64,000 nt of DNA from an uncultured archaeon (GTDB lineage: Archaea; Thermoproteota; Nitrososphaeria; Nitrososphaerales; Gagatemarchaeaceae). The stretch covers positions 1,632,001 through 1,696,000 of the forward strand of contig CAWCYD010000003.1 of the NCBI GenBank assembly GCA_963799775.1, written 5' to 3'. The notes under the pieces were generated by a model. The model did not search any database and had not been told where the DNA came from. It worked only from the letters and a program-made list of their open reading frames with translations. Positions 48,519 to 58,647 of this stretch are shown here, piece after piece. The translations under genes and the position numbers were made by a program. How positions within the stretch are numbered: the stretch's first letter is position 1; the number at the start of each line of letters is the position of its first letter.

Positions 48519-49832
48519 TTGGATGGATTGACGGTAACCTCGACGAGTGGGATCCGCGGAATCTTCAACTCTGACCTCCTTCCCTCAGACATGGCCGAAT
48601 ACGCGCGGAGATTCGTCCGGGTGGTCGGGGCAAACGAGGTGCTGATAGGCAGGGACACTCGTGCTACGGGCCCTGTCGCCTCACGGGCGGTGACGAGCGC
48701 TGTCCTAGAGGCAGGCGCTGACGTGGTCGACTATGGAGTGCTCTCCACCCCTGCAATCTTCCGGGAGAGCAGAAGGAGGGGGAGACCTGCGCTGATAGTC
48801 ACATCCTCGCACAACGAGCCAGAGTGGAACGGCCTCAAGTTCGTCATCGACGGGCGGGGGATCAATCAGGACGAGTTCGACCAGGTCTTACAGAAGGCGA
48901 AGAAGGAGACCAAGCCCACCGCGCCGGGACAGGCAATTCCAGCGGAGGGATTCTCATACAACTCCGAGTTGATAGAGATGGCCGGGCCTGGGTCAGCGGC
49001 AGGAGTGAGAGTCGTTCTGGACCTGAACGGGAGCGCGGCCATCAAGCACGCCCCTGAGATCCTCAAGGGGCTGGGGTGCAAGGTCTCGACCCTCGGCGAC
49101 ACGATGGGGTTCTTCTCACGCGCCATCGACCCGACGAACGACCCGCTGGAGGTCCTCTGCAAGACTGTCAAGAAGGAAGGAGCTGACGTCGGCTTCGCCT
49201 TCGACTGCGACGGGGACAGGCTCGCTCTGGTCGACAACGAGGGCAAGGCCAGGACCGGGGACTACATGCTCACTCTCGCGATCAAGGAATTGCTCCAGAC
49301 CGTCCCTCGAAAGGATGTCGTGGTCTCGGTGGACACCACGCAAGCTGTCGACGATGTGGTGAAAGAAGCAGGGGGCCAGGTCTTTAGGGCTATGGTGGGC
49401 GAGAGGAACGTGACCGGCCTCATGGCTCAGAAAGGGGTGAGGTTCGGAGGAGAGGGTAGCAGCGCCGGAGTGATCGATGCGAGCTTCAACAACTGCAGGG
49501 ACTCCATGATCGCGGCCGCCGTGATCGTTGGGGCGCTGAAACGGAGAGGGACGAAGATATACGACCAGGTGCGGTCGTATCACATCGCCCGCGAGAAGAT
49601 GGACTTTCCGCGGAAGAAGGCGTTGCATGCGATCAAGAAGCTCCAGAAGGAGAACCCCAACGCGGACATGTTGGACGGGCTGAAGATCAGGACCTCGGCG
49701 TCGTCATGGGTGCTGGTGCGTGCCTCTAACACAGAAGACATCGTGCGCGTCTCCGCGGAGGCGTCGAGCATGAAGGAGGCAGTGCGGCTCGCGCACGCCT
49801 ACATCCTGAAGGTCAAGCGCGCCGGTGCCTGA
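48519..49832 (+). CDS. Phosphohexomutase (PMM/PGM family)
   Basis: 'SGIRG','TSSHN','FDCDGDR','GGEGS','RASNTE'. Confidence 0.92.
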   Translation: MDGLTVTSTSGIRGIFNSDLLPSDMAEYARRFVRVVGANEVLIGRDTRATGPVASRAVTSAVLEAGADVVDYGVLSTPAIFRESRRRGRPALIVTSSHNEPEWNGLKFVIDGRGINQDEFDQVLQKAKKETKPTAPGQAIPAEGFSYNSELIEMAGPGSAAGVRVVLDLNGSAAIKHAPEILKGLGCKVSTLGDTMGFFSRAIDPTNDPLEVLCKTVKKEGADVGFAFDCDGDRLALVDNEGKARTGDYMLTLAIKELLQTVPRKDVVVSVDTTQAVDDVVKEAGGQVFRAMVGERNVTGLMAQKGVRFGGEGSSAGVIDASFNNCRDSMIAAAVIVGALKRRGTKIYDQVRSYHIAREKMDFPRKKALHAIKKLQKENPNADMLDGLKIRTSASSWVLVRASNTEDIVRVSAEASSMKEAVRLAHAYILKVKRAGA

Positions 49833-50808
49833 CCAGATGCTGGACGAGTATGACATCATCGAGCTGATCACGAAGCGCGCAGGCGCGCTCCCTGAAGGGT
49901 ATCTGCCCATAGGGGACGACGTGGCGATGATCCCTCCGGGGAAGAAGGGAGAGGGCGTCGTCCTAAAGTGCGACATGCTCGTAGGGAGGACCGACGTCCC
50001 GCCCGGAATGAAGTGGCGGAAGGTCTCCAGAAAGGCGGTCGCGATGTGCGTCTCCGATTTCGCGGCGAAGGGCGTCCGCCCAGTGGCCTTCATGGTCTCC
50101 CTCGGGGCCCCGAGGAGGACACCCAAGGGCAAAATCGACCAGCTGGGAGCCGGCCTGGCAGACGCCTCCAGGGAATGGAGCGTGAGGCTTGTGGGAGGCG
50201 ACACCGGCGAGGCGGACGACCTGATCATCGACTGCATGATGGTGGGTTTCGCAAGCTCTGTGGTAAGGAGGAGCGGCGCGCGCCCCGGTCAGCTCGTCGT
50301 GACGACGGGGACCTACGGCAAGACCACGGCGGGCCTGCGGATACTCCTCGGTGGCGCGAAGGCGGACGCCTCGTTCAGGCTCAAGGCGCTCTCTTCCGTC
50401 TACGACCCGAGGCCAAGGCTGGATGTCGGCGTAGCCGTCTCGAGGTATCTCTCGTCGGCGGTCGACTCGAGCGACGGCTTGGCGATATGCCTCCACTTGA
50501 TCTCGGAGATGAGCGGGGTCGGGATAAGGCTGACCGACATCCCATATCCTGAGGGGCTCGAGGAGTTCGCTTCCAGCAACCGCTACTCTGCCGAGGAGCT
50601 CGCGCTCTATGGGGGCGAGGAGTACGAGATAGTGGGGACGGTCGACAGGCCCCGGCTAGACGAGGCCAAGGCGGTGGCCCGCGCCAACGGCTGCGAGCTT
50701 CGCGTGATCGGCGAGACGGTCGCGGCCTCGAGGCTCAAGGGAGTCGCCTTCCGCGACGGAAGAAAGGTTAGGAGAGACGGCTGGATACACTTTCGCAGCA
50801 AGCCGTAG
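49825..50808 (+). CDS. thiL: Thiamine-monophosphate kinase
   Basis: 'IGDDVA','VSDFAAKG','VGGDT','DSSDGL','GGEEYE'. Confidence 0.94.
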   Translation: MPDQMLDEYDIIELITKRAGALPEGYLPIGDDVAMIPPGKKGEGVVLKCDMLVGRTDVPPGMKWRKVSRKAVAMCVSDFAAKGVRPVAFMVSLGAPRRTPKGKIDQLGAGLADASREWSVRLVGGDTGEADDLIIDCMMVGFASSVVRRSGARPGQLVVTTGTYGKTTAGLRILLGGAKADASFRLKALSSVYDPRPRLDVGVAVSRYLSSAVDSSDGLAICLHLISEMSGVGIRLTDIPYPEGLEEFASSNRYSAEELALYGGEEYEIVGTVDRPRLDEAKAVARANGCELRVIGETVAASRLKGVAFRDGRKVRRDGWIHFRSKP

Positions 50809-50811
50809 GGG

Positions 50812-52194
50812 CTAGGCTGCCTTCACGGTCTTCAGGAACTTCTTCGCGGTCGAGTCTGCCTTCTCCTGCGTCTCCGACTCGACGAAGACCCTCACGATGG
50901 GCTCGGTGCCGCTGGGACGGATTAGCGCCCAGGTCTTCTCGTCGACCCAGACCTTCACGCCATCTACCTTCTCGACCTTGCCGTCGCCCTGCTTCTCTAT
51001 CGCCCTCATGATCTCCCTCACCTTGCTCGGGTCGACCGGGACCTTCGTCTTGCTCATGTAAAACCGTGGAAAGGCGTTGTTCATGAGCCTCGAGAGCGGC
51101 GCGGCCCTAGTGGCCATCACCTCGAGCATGAGCGCCGTGGTCATCCCGCCGTCGCGCGTCGGGAGGTGGTTGGGAAAGAAGCCGCCCCCGTTCTCCTCGA
51201 AGCCCATGAGCGCCTTCCTCTCGATAATGGTCCTTGAGACGTCGACGCTCCCGACCCTCGTCCGGATGACCTTGCCGGAGCGCCTCTTCGCTACAGCCTC
51301 TATCACCTGCGAGGAGCTGACCGGAGTGACGACCGAGGAGTTGGGGTTCCTCTCGAGAAGGTAATCGGCTATGAGAGACCCGCTCTGGTCGCCCCAGTAG
51401 ATGTTCCCGCCCTCGTCGCAGAAGATCGAACGGTCGCCGTCGCCGTCGTAGGCGACCCCCAGGTCGGCGTTCGAGGCGCGCACGGCTACGACCATGTCTC
51501 GCAGGAGATCAGGGATGGGCTCAGGCCCCCTCCCCGGGAAGTTGCCGTCGACTATCCCGTTGATTGTTATCACCTTGCATCCCATCGTCTCTAGGAGGTA
51601 AGGCGCGGCCAGAGCTTGCGCCCCGTTCCCCGCGTCGATGACGACCTTGAGCCTCCTCTCCGAGATCAGCTTCGAGTTGACTCTGGAGATGATCCCGTTG
51701 ATGTAGGTCCGGATCACCGATGGCTCTGGCCTGGCGGTCCCGACGTCCTTCCAGTTAGCCTTGTTGGCCGACCCGTCGTGGAAGATCTTCTCTATCCTCT
51801 GCTCGTCAAGCCTCGAGACCTCGACGCCGTCTGGCCCCGTCACCTTGACGCCGTTGTATTGGGACGGGTTGTGAGACGCGGTGACCATGACGGAGCCCCG
51901 GTAGCCTAGCGTCTTCGTGGCATACTGGAGGGCAGGGGTAGGGACGATGTCTGCCTCCGCGATGTTCCTGCCCGAGCTCATCAGACCGGCGGTCACGGAG
52001 GAGAGCAGCATCTGCCCGGTGAGCCGTCCGTCTCTTCCCGTGAGGATCTCGCCATCGGCGAAATACGTGCCAATGCTCTCGGCTAGCTTCACGGCGAAGC
52101 CCATGTCGCCGGTTACTCCGGGGATGAACCTCACGCCGTTGGTCCCAAAAAGACGTCCCTGGGGCGCTAGCAATCTGAGTTTTTCCTCCATCAA
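50812..52194 (-). CDS. glmM: Phosphoglucosamine mutase
   Basis: 'LFGTNGVR','TASHNP..YNG.K','YDGDGDR','EENGG','RPSGTEP'. Confidence 0.9.
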   Translation of the reverse strand: MMEEKLRLLAPQGRLFGTNGVRFIPGVTGDMGFAVKLAESIGTYFADGEILTGRDGRLTGQMLLSSVTAGLMSSGRNIAEADIVPTPALQYATKTLGYRGSVMVTASHNPSQYNGVKVTGPDGVEVSRLDEQRIEKIFHDGSANKANWKDVGTARPEPSVIRTYINGIISRVNSKLISERRLKVVIDAGNGAQALAAPYLLETMGCKVITINGIVDGNFPGRGPEPIPDLLRDMVVAVRASNADLGVAYDGDGDRSIFCDEGGNIYWGDQSGSLIADYLLERNPNSSVVTPVSSSQVIEAVAKRRSGKVIRTRVGSVDVSRTIIERKALMGFEENGGGFFPNHLPTRDGGMTTALMLEVMATRAAPLSRLMNNAFPRFYMSKTKVPVDPSKVREIMRAIEKQGDGKVEKVDGVKVWVDEKTWALIRPSGTEPIVRVFVESETQEKADSTAKKFLKTVKAA

Positions 52195-52366
52195 CTCGAC
52201 TAAAAGACTTGGAAATAAGGAATTGGTCTTATCTCCGAGTATGATGTGAGAAATGCAAGAAACCGGTTAAGAATACTGAATTAGTGTAACTATTGGTCGG
52301 ACGGTTCTGGAAACGAAAATCCAAGGCCATAAACACTTATGTCGAATCCGAAAAGCGCTCTGCTTG

Positions 52367-52460
52367 GGGCCCGTAGCTCAGTACGGACAGAGCACTGGCC
52401 TTCTATCTCACGATGGAAGAGAGCCAGGGGTCGCGAGTTCAAATCTTGCCGGGCCCGCCA
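52367..52460 (+). tRNA. tRNA-Arg(TCT) with 16-nt intron at 37/38 (52406-52421), encoded CCA
   Basis: Acceptor GGGCCCG/CGGGCCC, anticodon arm CTGGC-CTTCTA^A-GCCAG, T-loop TTCAAAT, BHB CTTC/GAAG. Confidence 0.93.
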
Positions 52461-52588
52461 AATTCATCTAATTCCTGCCTAACTACGCCTCGCCCCCGAT
52501 GGAGCATTCTACTGCTTGTATCAAACCCGTCAAAGCACCTAGCCCTTGTGGCGGACGCCTTTAATGCTCGAGACGCCCAAACAAGACT

Positions 52589-53542
52589 ATGTTAGTAGGC
52601 TCGCAGGTCAAGGTCTCGGAGACAGATGTCTCCTGCAAAGAATGCCATGAGAAGCTCGTTTTCGCCGACGATGTAGGGGAACAGGTGTGCGGCTCCTGCG
52701 GGGTGGTAGATGAGGGTCTGAACTCGTCGGCTTCAAACTCGCCCGATTACGTAGCAGCGATGACGAACTCCGCGGTGCGCGAGCGACCGACATCAAGGAT
52801 GATGTACGACCTCGATCTGCCTACGTTCATCGGCAGCCAGAATTTCGACGGGAACGGTCGAAGAATCCAGGGAAGCTATGAGCTGACGCAGCTGCGAAAG
52901 TGGAACAAGTACACGGCCTCGGAAGGATCAAACAGGCAAAACGCCGTCAAGGCGATGCGCGAGATAGACCAGATTGTGGGAGCGGTCGGGTTGCCCAACT
53001 CGGTCGCCATAGAGGCCTGCGAGATATATCGAAGAGGGCTCAAGAGCGGGGTCACGCGGAGCAGGTCGATTACGGGCATGGCGGCAGCCGCGGTGCTTGT
53101 CGCCTGCAGCATAGTTGGGGCGAACTGCCCAAAGGAAGAGATCGGCAGGCTGAAGCTGGCGGCGAGCCGCAGTTCCATCAGGCATTACCACAAGCTGCTA
53201 CAGCGAAACATGAACATCAGAGTCACGATGACCGACCCATCCCGTGAGGTGTCTAGAATAGCACAGAATTCGGGAATAACGGGGAAGGTCGAGAGAAGGT
53301 CGCTAGAAATCTTGGCCCAAGTCAAGGACGACCCCACGCTGGCGGGAAAGAGACCGAACTCGGTGGCGGCAGCTGCGCTCAACATCGCCTCGATTCTCAT
53401 GGGCCAACGCACGAACCAGGTGCGCATCGCCTTCGCGGCAGGAATAACCCCGATCACCATCAGAAAGAGGACGAGAGACATCTCAGCGATACTTCGGAAC
53501 GCGGCAATCAAGGCCGAGCCTGCTCAAGCAATCCAAAGCTAA
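52589..53542 (+). CDS. tfb: Transcription initiation factor IIB paralog
   Basis: Zn ribbon CKEC...GEQVCGSCG, 'LRKW', two cyclin folds, 'GKRP..VAAAAL'. Confidence 0.9.
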   Translation: MLVGSQVKVSETDVSCKECHEKLVFADDVGEQVCGSCGVVDEGLNSSASNSPDYVAAMTNSAVRERPTSRMMYDLDLPTFIGSQNFDGNGRRIQGSYELTQLRKWNKYTASEGSNRQNAVKAMREIDQIVGAVGLPNSVAIEACEIYRRGLKSGVTRSRSITGMAAAAVLVACSIVGANCPKEEIGRLKLAASRSSIRHYHKLLQRNMNIRVTMTDPSREVSRIAQNSGITGKVERRSLEILAQVKDDPTLAGKRPNSVAAAALNIASILMGQRTNQVRIAFAAGITPITIRKRTRDISAILRNAAIKAEPAQAIQS

Positions 53543-53585
53543 TCGCTCCGGTAGAGTTCGATTTGCCACAGAGGCAAAGAACTTC

Positions 53586-53885
53586 ACTCGCGTCTAGACA
53601 TCAACAGAGCGCCCCGCCGAATGCTATCGCAACAATCCCGAATACCCCCCAAGGCCATCCAAGCCTGGAGCAAGACGCTGAGGTATTTCACGAAGCTCAT
53701 GAGGAAGAAAAAAGACCCGATGGCCAGGACGATATCCCAGCCACGCCGATGAGAAGCAGTTTCAAGATTCGCGCCATGGTCTTCCTGGTATCGGCCTCCA
53801 TGTCGGCCTTTGTGTCGTCCAGCAGCGCGACCTTGATCTCGTTCAGCACTGTGTCTGTGTCTGCTATCTGGCGCCCGATGCCCGA
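53586..53885 (-). pseudogene. Frameshifted paralog of the 40590-40961 membrane protein
   Basis: Fragments 'RKTMARILKLLLIG' and 'FLMSFVKYLS.LL.AWMALGVFG' align with 40590 ORF; lies behind second DUF883 gene. Confidence 0.5.
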
Positions 53886-54152
53886 CTAAGCCGTCCTCTT
53901 GCGGCTTAGAAGGACGCCTGCGATTATTCCCACTGCAAGGGTCGTGCCCACAACCAGAGCGGGATGGTCATGGACGATCTTCTTACCATCGTCCAGAGAC
54001 TGGTCCAGCCGTCCGTGGATCTCGTCTATCCTCCTCCCGTATTCCTCTCTCAGGTTCTCTGCGGCGTCGCGTACCTCGTCGGCTCTCTTCTCGTACTCTT
54101 TCTTCAATACCTTTCCGACACCGCCAGATTCAGTTAGTTCTCTCTTTGCCAT
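53886..54152 (-). CDS. DUF883/ElaB-like protein (second copy)
   Basis: 'VHDHPALVVGTTLAVGIIAGVLLSRK'. Confidence 0.78.
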   Translation of the reverse strand: MAKRELTESGGVGKVLKKEYEKRADEVRDAAENLREEYGRRIDEIHGRLDQSLDDGKKIVHDHPALVVGTTLAVGIIAGVLLSRKRTA

Positions 54153-54251
54153 GATTTGTCGACATTGATGACAGGTCGGACACCAACATGGGTTGTGGTC
54201 GATGCAGCCAGATTAGTCATCTGTCGTCTGCTAATTGCAACGGGCACCGCA

Positions 54252-54283
54252 CCAGTGTTATCCTCCAGTGTTATCCTCCAGTG
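54252..54283. repeat. 13-bp tandem repeat (about 2.5 copies)
   Basis: CCAGTGTTATCCT x2 + CCAGTG. Confidence 0.75.
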
Positions 54284-54393
54284 CATCGCGACAGCGATTG
54301 TCTCTTCACAAGAAAGAATAGCATTCTGGCGGGGCTTCCCCTTCGGCAATACTCTAGAGAATTGCTCCACTACGAGTATGACCTTGGACATAC

Positions 54394-55129
54394 ATGAAGC
54401 ATGTGGACATCCTAGCTATCGGGGCGCATCCAGACGACGTGGAACTTGGTTGCGGCGGGCTCCTTCTCAAAGCGGTTCGAAACGGTCATCAGGTCTTCAT
54501 CTGCACTCTCACCAGGGGGGCGGCGTCGGGCGACCCTGCACATCGAACCAAGGAGCTGTTTGAGTCGGCGAAGTACATCGGAGCCAAGGAAGTCCGCATC
54601 GGGGATTTTGAGGACACGAAGCTCACGGCTTCGAGCGAGCTGATAAACTACATCGAGAGCTATGTCAACAAGATCAATCCCGACCTGATATTCACCCACT
54701 TTCATGGCGACGTCCACCACGACCACAGGGCGGTCTCGGCGGCGACCCTCGAAGCCGCCAGGTTCAACTCGAACATCTTGGCCTACGAGATCCCACTCAC
54801 GAGGGACTTCGAGCCGAAGGTCTACTATGACATCTCTGACGTGATTGATGAGAAGGTGGAGCTGATCAGGATATTCTGGTCGCAGCGGAGCAAGCTCTAC
54901 ACAAAGGCCAACGCGATAAAGGGGTTGGCCGAATACCGGGCGCTCCAGAGCAGGCTGAACACGAAAATCGACTTTGTCGAGGGCTTCGACGTCCTGAAAG
55001 CTTTGTCTTGACAAGGAATTCAAGATACAGAAGGTGCCTTACCACAATGCGGCTGTGGCAGAACTCGCCCAGAGTCCGGAACCAATCAAGGACGATGGCT
55101 GGATCTCTCCTAGGGTGTCCGGGCCATGA
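54394..55129 (+). CDS. PIG-L/LmbE family deacetylase (3' frameshift ~55002)
   Basis: 'GAHPDDVELGCGG','R.KE','HHDH','SQ'. Confidence 0.92.
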
Positions 55130-55449
55130 GCGAAACTCTGTCCTCAGAGATGGAGACAGTCCTCCGCTGGGGAAACAGAGGGTCGCTCGACATCGTAAAC
55201 TTCATCCTGCTTGTTTGCATAAACGGCACGATCATCACGCATATCATGTACAAGTGCAATCTGAACTCGAAACAGACCCATCTGTACGTGGCACTCCTCC
55301 TGAAGCACAAGCTCCTGGAGAAGAAGAGCCCAGAGGGCTTGGGCAAGTCCGTCTACAAAGCGACAGAGAGGGCTAGGAAGTACGTCGAGGCGTATGCTGA
55401 GCTCTCGCAAATATTCAAACTTCCAACCGAAGAAAAGATCATCGTGTGA
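55126..55449 (+). CDS. Winged-helix (HTH_45-like) regulator
   Basis: 'RGSLDIV..IL','THIMYKCNLN','YKATE'. Confidence 0.82.
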   Translation: MSETLSSEMETVLRWGNRGSLDIVNFILLVCINGTIITHIMYKCNLNSKQTHLYVALLLKHKLLEKKSPEGLGKSVYKATERARKYVEAYAELSQIFKLPTEEKIIV

Positions 55450-55683
55450 GCGCAAGGGCCTATTCCGTCTTGTTTCAGCCTGGGGAATGGCCTTGCATCG
55501 GCGCGATTATCTCAGCCAGGGCATGAAGAATCCGGAGAATAATCGTGCGGACCCCATATTGCCTCAGTTTGGACACGAAAATAGGTCGCCCGCTCATCTT
55601 CTGGCATCGATTTGCCCAACCTTCCCCTTTTCCCCTTTGTTTTGACGGCTTGGCTTTAGTATAGCCGGACTCATAGGACTACT

Positions 55684-55872
55684 ATGAAGAAAACAACAGA
55701 AACGATACACCAGAGCCAGGGAGTCGGCCCTCTCGCCGACTTCATTCGAGAGAACTCGCTAGTGAGAGAGATAGAGAACAGACTCGTCATTACGACGAAG
55801 GGCGAGGAGTTCCTGCATGCACTGCAGGAGTCTTCCAGACAGGCCATTTGGGCCTCGCCAGGGGGCTTCTGA
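55684..55872 (+). pseudogene. wHTH fragment
   Basis: 'LVITTKGEEFL' wing motif only. Confidence 0.4.
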
Positions 55873-55873
55873 G

Positions 55874-56146
55874 ATGAAATACCGAAGCAGGTTCGCGATC
55901 GCGTCAAACATCCTGCAGGTGGCGCGGGCCGGGAACGCTACAAAGACGAGGCTGATGTACGGCTCATTCTTGTCTTTCGCGCAGATAAACGACTATCTGG
56001 AGTTCCTGTTGGCCAACACGCTCATCATGAGAGACGAGACGAGTCACATATACTCGCTCACCGAGAAAGGCGTGCGCTTCCTGCGGATCTACGACGAGAT
56101 AACTCAGCTGATCCCGCTCGACGAAGCCATTCCTTTGCCTGCCTGA
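55874..56146 (+). CDS. Winged-helix (HTH_45-like) regulator
   Basis: 'MKYRSR..I...IL','ATKTRLMY..FLS..Q...YL','Y.LTEKG..FL'. Confidence 0.88.
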   Translation: MKYRSRFAIASNILQVARAGNATKTRLMYGSFLSFAQINDYLEFLLANTLIMRDETSHIYSLTEKGVRFLRIYDEITQLIPLDEAIPLPA

Positions 56147-56192
56147 GAACGAGCACATTCCGCCTATAGGGAACCCGCCCCTTTTGAAAGGG

Positions 56193-56402
56193 TCAGGGCC
56201 CTAGCTCTGCGGGGTGCGCCGAGTGCTCGCTCGTGCGCACCTGCTCAAACTCCTTGATCTTCCGGAGCATGTCTCCTACGTCCTTGGCACACGCTGAATG
56301 AAAATGGAACTCCAGGACGTCTTGCCCGTCCTGCTGGATGGGCTTGCCGCAAAGGGAGCATTGAGAGGCCTCCCATATCTCAAGAGAGCGCTGCAAGTCC
56401 AT
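56193..56402 (-). CDS. Small CxxC...HxxC zinc-binding protein
   Basis: CSLCGKPI...FHFHSACA; paralog at 59206-59409. Confidence 0.7.
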   Translation of the reverse strand: MDLQRSLEIWEASQCSLCGKPIQQDGQDVLEFHFHSACAKDVGDMLRKIKEFEQVRTSEHSAHPAELGP

Positions 56403-56499
56403 AGGGCGCCTCGTTCTGATGTTGCTTAAGGGCGTTGTGAATCCTGACGCCCTAACATCGAAGTCAGCCTCCAGAGACTGGCCGTGACGGTCATCGTGG

Positions 56500-57566
56500 T
56501 AGCCTGTAGCTTAATCCAATCTCACGCGTCTGTCAAGCCGATTTGCTTGGGTCTCGTCTAAGGGCTTCTCTCGCTACACTCGTCATGATACCGCTGGGAA
56601 TGCGATCTTGGCACGACTACGACGAGGCCCTCATCGAGAGGGGATGCGCGATACTGGACCTGGGCTCCCTGGTCTCGTGGAAGGAGGAGCTGGACGCGAT
56701 GAACAGCTCGAAGCTGGGTAGGCCGTTCGAGTTCCCAAACTCGTATATCTCCTTCCTGGCGTTCGTCAAGGTCGGGTTTGACATACCGTACAGGACGCTC
56801 GAAGGCATCACGAGGGAGCTCGAGGAGTACGTCAGGTTCGTCGAGGAGATGCACTACACCCACATGCGCAGGAGGATACTCTCTTCCATGAAGGGGAAGA
56901 AGCCGTCAGAGATCGTAGGGAGGGACGCGGACGGCGACGAGCCGATGACGGTGATAGCCGACTCCACAGGCCTCTCGGTCTCGAACAAGGGCTCCTACAT
57001 CGAGGACAAGTGGAAGAAGGAGAAGAGGAAGTACGTGAAGCTGCACATACTCGCGGACAAGAAGACGGGGAAGATCAAGGGGTTCCGCATCACCAGCGAG
57101 AAGACCGGAGACAACGCGAAGTTCGTCCCGATGGTCAAGGAGGTGGCGAAGAAGAGGAAGGTCGCGAAGGCGTACGCGGACGCGGCGTACGACGCGAGGA
57201 AGAACTTCAACCTCCTGAGCGAGATAGGCGCGGAGCCCGCCATCAAGCTCCGGAAGAACGCGAGCCTCAAGCTGATGGGGTCGAGAGCGAGGCGGGACGA
57301 GGCCCTGGCCCTCGACGCCCTCGGGTACGAGGGGTGGAAGGCAGTAAAGGACTATGGTCAGAGGTGGCTCGTGGAGATAACGTTCTCGGCGTTCAAGCGA
57401 GTGCTGGGAGACACGTTGAGGGCGAGGAGGTTCCTCAGCCAGAAGGCGGAAGCGTCCCTCAAGGTCATGCTGTACAACAGGTTCCTCTCGATACGTCCGT
57501 AGATGGTGACAAAGAAGCAGTGAAGAAAGTAGAGACCCTCACAAGGAAGAATTAAGCTACAGGCTA
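56500..57566 (+). mobile_element. IS5-family insertion sequence, 1067 bp
   Basis: 16-bp TIR TAGCCTGTAGCTTAAT (56500-56515 / 57551-57566); 9-bp TSD TCATCGTGG (56491-56499 / 57567-57575). Confidence 0.94.
56600..57502 (+). CDS. IS5-family transposase
   Basis: 'W.DYDEALIERG','IADSTGL','KLHIL','YADAAYD','RWLVEITFSAFKR'. Confidence 0.92.
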   Translation: MRSWHDYDEALIERGCAILDLGSLVSWKEELDAMNSSKLGRPFEFPNSYISFLAFVKVGFDIPYRTLEGITRELEEYVRFVEEMHYTHMRRRILSSMKGKKPSEIVGRDADGDEPMTVIADSTGLSVSNKGSYIEDKWKKEKRKYVKLHILADKKTGKIKGFRITSEKTGDNAKFVPMVKEVAKKRKVAKAYADAAYDARKNFNLLSEIGAEPAIKLRKNASLKLMGSRARRDEALALDALGYEGWKAVKDYGQRWLVEITFSAFKRVLGDTLRARRFLSQKAEASLKVMLYNRFLSIRP

Positions 57567-57666
57567 TCATCGTGGCAAACACTTATTGCCTAGCGGGACA
57601 ACATTGGAACGAAGTGTGTTAGAAATGCAAGGAATCTTAACGATTCCCAGGGGAAGGTGAGGTAGA

Positions 57667-58152
57667 GTGTCACGGGTGCAACCGTTGCATACTTTCTCAT
57701 CGGTAGACAGGAAGATACTCAAGCTGTTGCTTGACCCCCAAGGCAACATCTCCAGCCGTGCCTTGGAAGAGAAGCTTGGGATTCCGCGCAGCACCATCCA
57801 GCGGAGGCGCCGACATCTGGAGAAGACCTACCTCACTCTCACCTACTCGCTCAACCTGCGGAACCTAGGATACAGGCGTGTCGACCTGTTGATCTACACT
57901 GGGGGAGGAGCGACAATGCCGATCGCTCACGAGCTGTTGAAGCGCGATGAGGTGGTCTCCGTCGGCAGGTCGATAGGGGAGCACACGATAGACCTCAGGG
58001 CGGAGGTCATCATCAAGGACAACTCGGAGCTCCTGGGACTGCTCGAACTCGTGAAGGCCATGCCTAACGTGAGAGACGTCATCTGGAGCGAGATCGTCGA
58101 CATCGTCGGCTCCAAGAAGTCGATACCTGCAGGCATCATCGAACAGATGTAG
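57667..58152 (+). CDS. Lrp/AsnC family regulator
   Basis: 'DRKILKLL','KLGIPRSTIQRRRR.LE', RAM domain. Confidence 0.88.
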   Translation: MSRVQPLHTFSSVDRKILKLLLDPQGNISSRALEEKLGIPRSTIQRRRRHLEKTYLTLTYSLNLRNLGYRRVDLLIYTGGGATMPIAHELLKRDEVVSVGRSIGEHTIDLRAEVIIKDNSELLGLLELVKAMPNVRDVIWSEIVDIVGSKKSIPAGIIEQM

Positions 58153-58179
58153 AATCCCAGCAAGGTAATCGGGGTTTCG

Positions 58180-58425
58180 TTCAGAGTGGGTTGACCCAGT
58201 TGACCCCCCTCCTTCGTCTGACGACTTTATAGGGCAGCTTTCCTTTGTCAGCTGCTCCGCATGGTCGGGGCAAACGGTCAATCGTCTTTCCTCTCCAGAC
58301 AATGTGGAAACCACGACGTATTCGTGGTCGGCTTTGACATACGGCCTCCCTTCGACTTCGCACAGGGTGCAAATGACCTCTACCCGGCCGCTTGAAGAAC
58401 CTCGCTTCCGTCGAGCGTCTTCCAT
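58180..58425 (-). CDS. Small CxxC...CxxH zinc-binding protein (3' end uncertain)
   Basis: ATG 58425: ...ICTLCE...RLTVCPDHAEQL. Confidence 0.5.
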
Positions 58426-58647
58426 TTCAGCCCCCTGGTGCGGGCGATGAGGAGGGGTCAGTTCCTTAAATGGGTTGCCCCGCCAGAATCTGTATTCCCA
58501 GTCCCCAACAGGCCATCGAGCGACGATACCCCCCAGGCGTGTCCACCCGCACCAGCGAAGCGCGGCGGGCCAGACATCGGTAACGGGTGCAGTCCAGCAG
58601 AACAATGCAGTGTTGTGGACATAACCCTGCTAGTGAAGTAGACGTGC

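Noticed and set aside
8439-55129. Many split genes (mre11, leuS, alaS, rplP0, dtdA, pfdA, eif6, nep1, transposases and others) as programmed frameshifting or genome decay
   Set aside because: Single-base indels hit essential genes at random positions, often in homopolymers, with no shared slippery motif; best explained as long-read assembly errors
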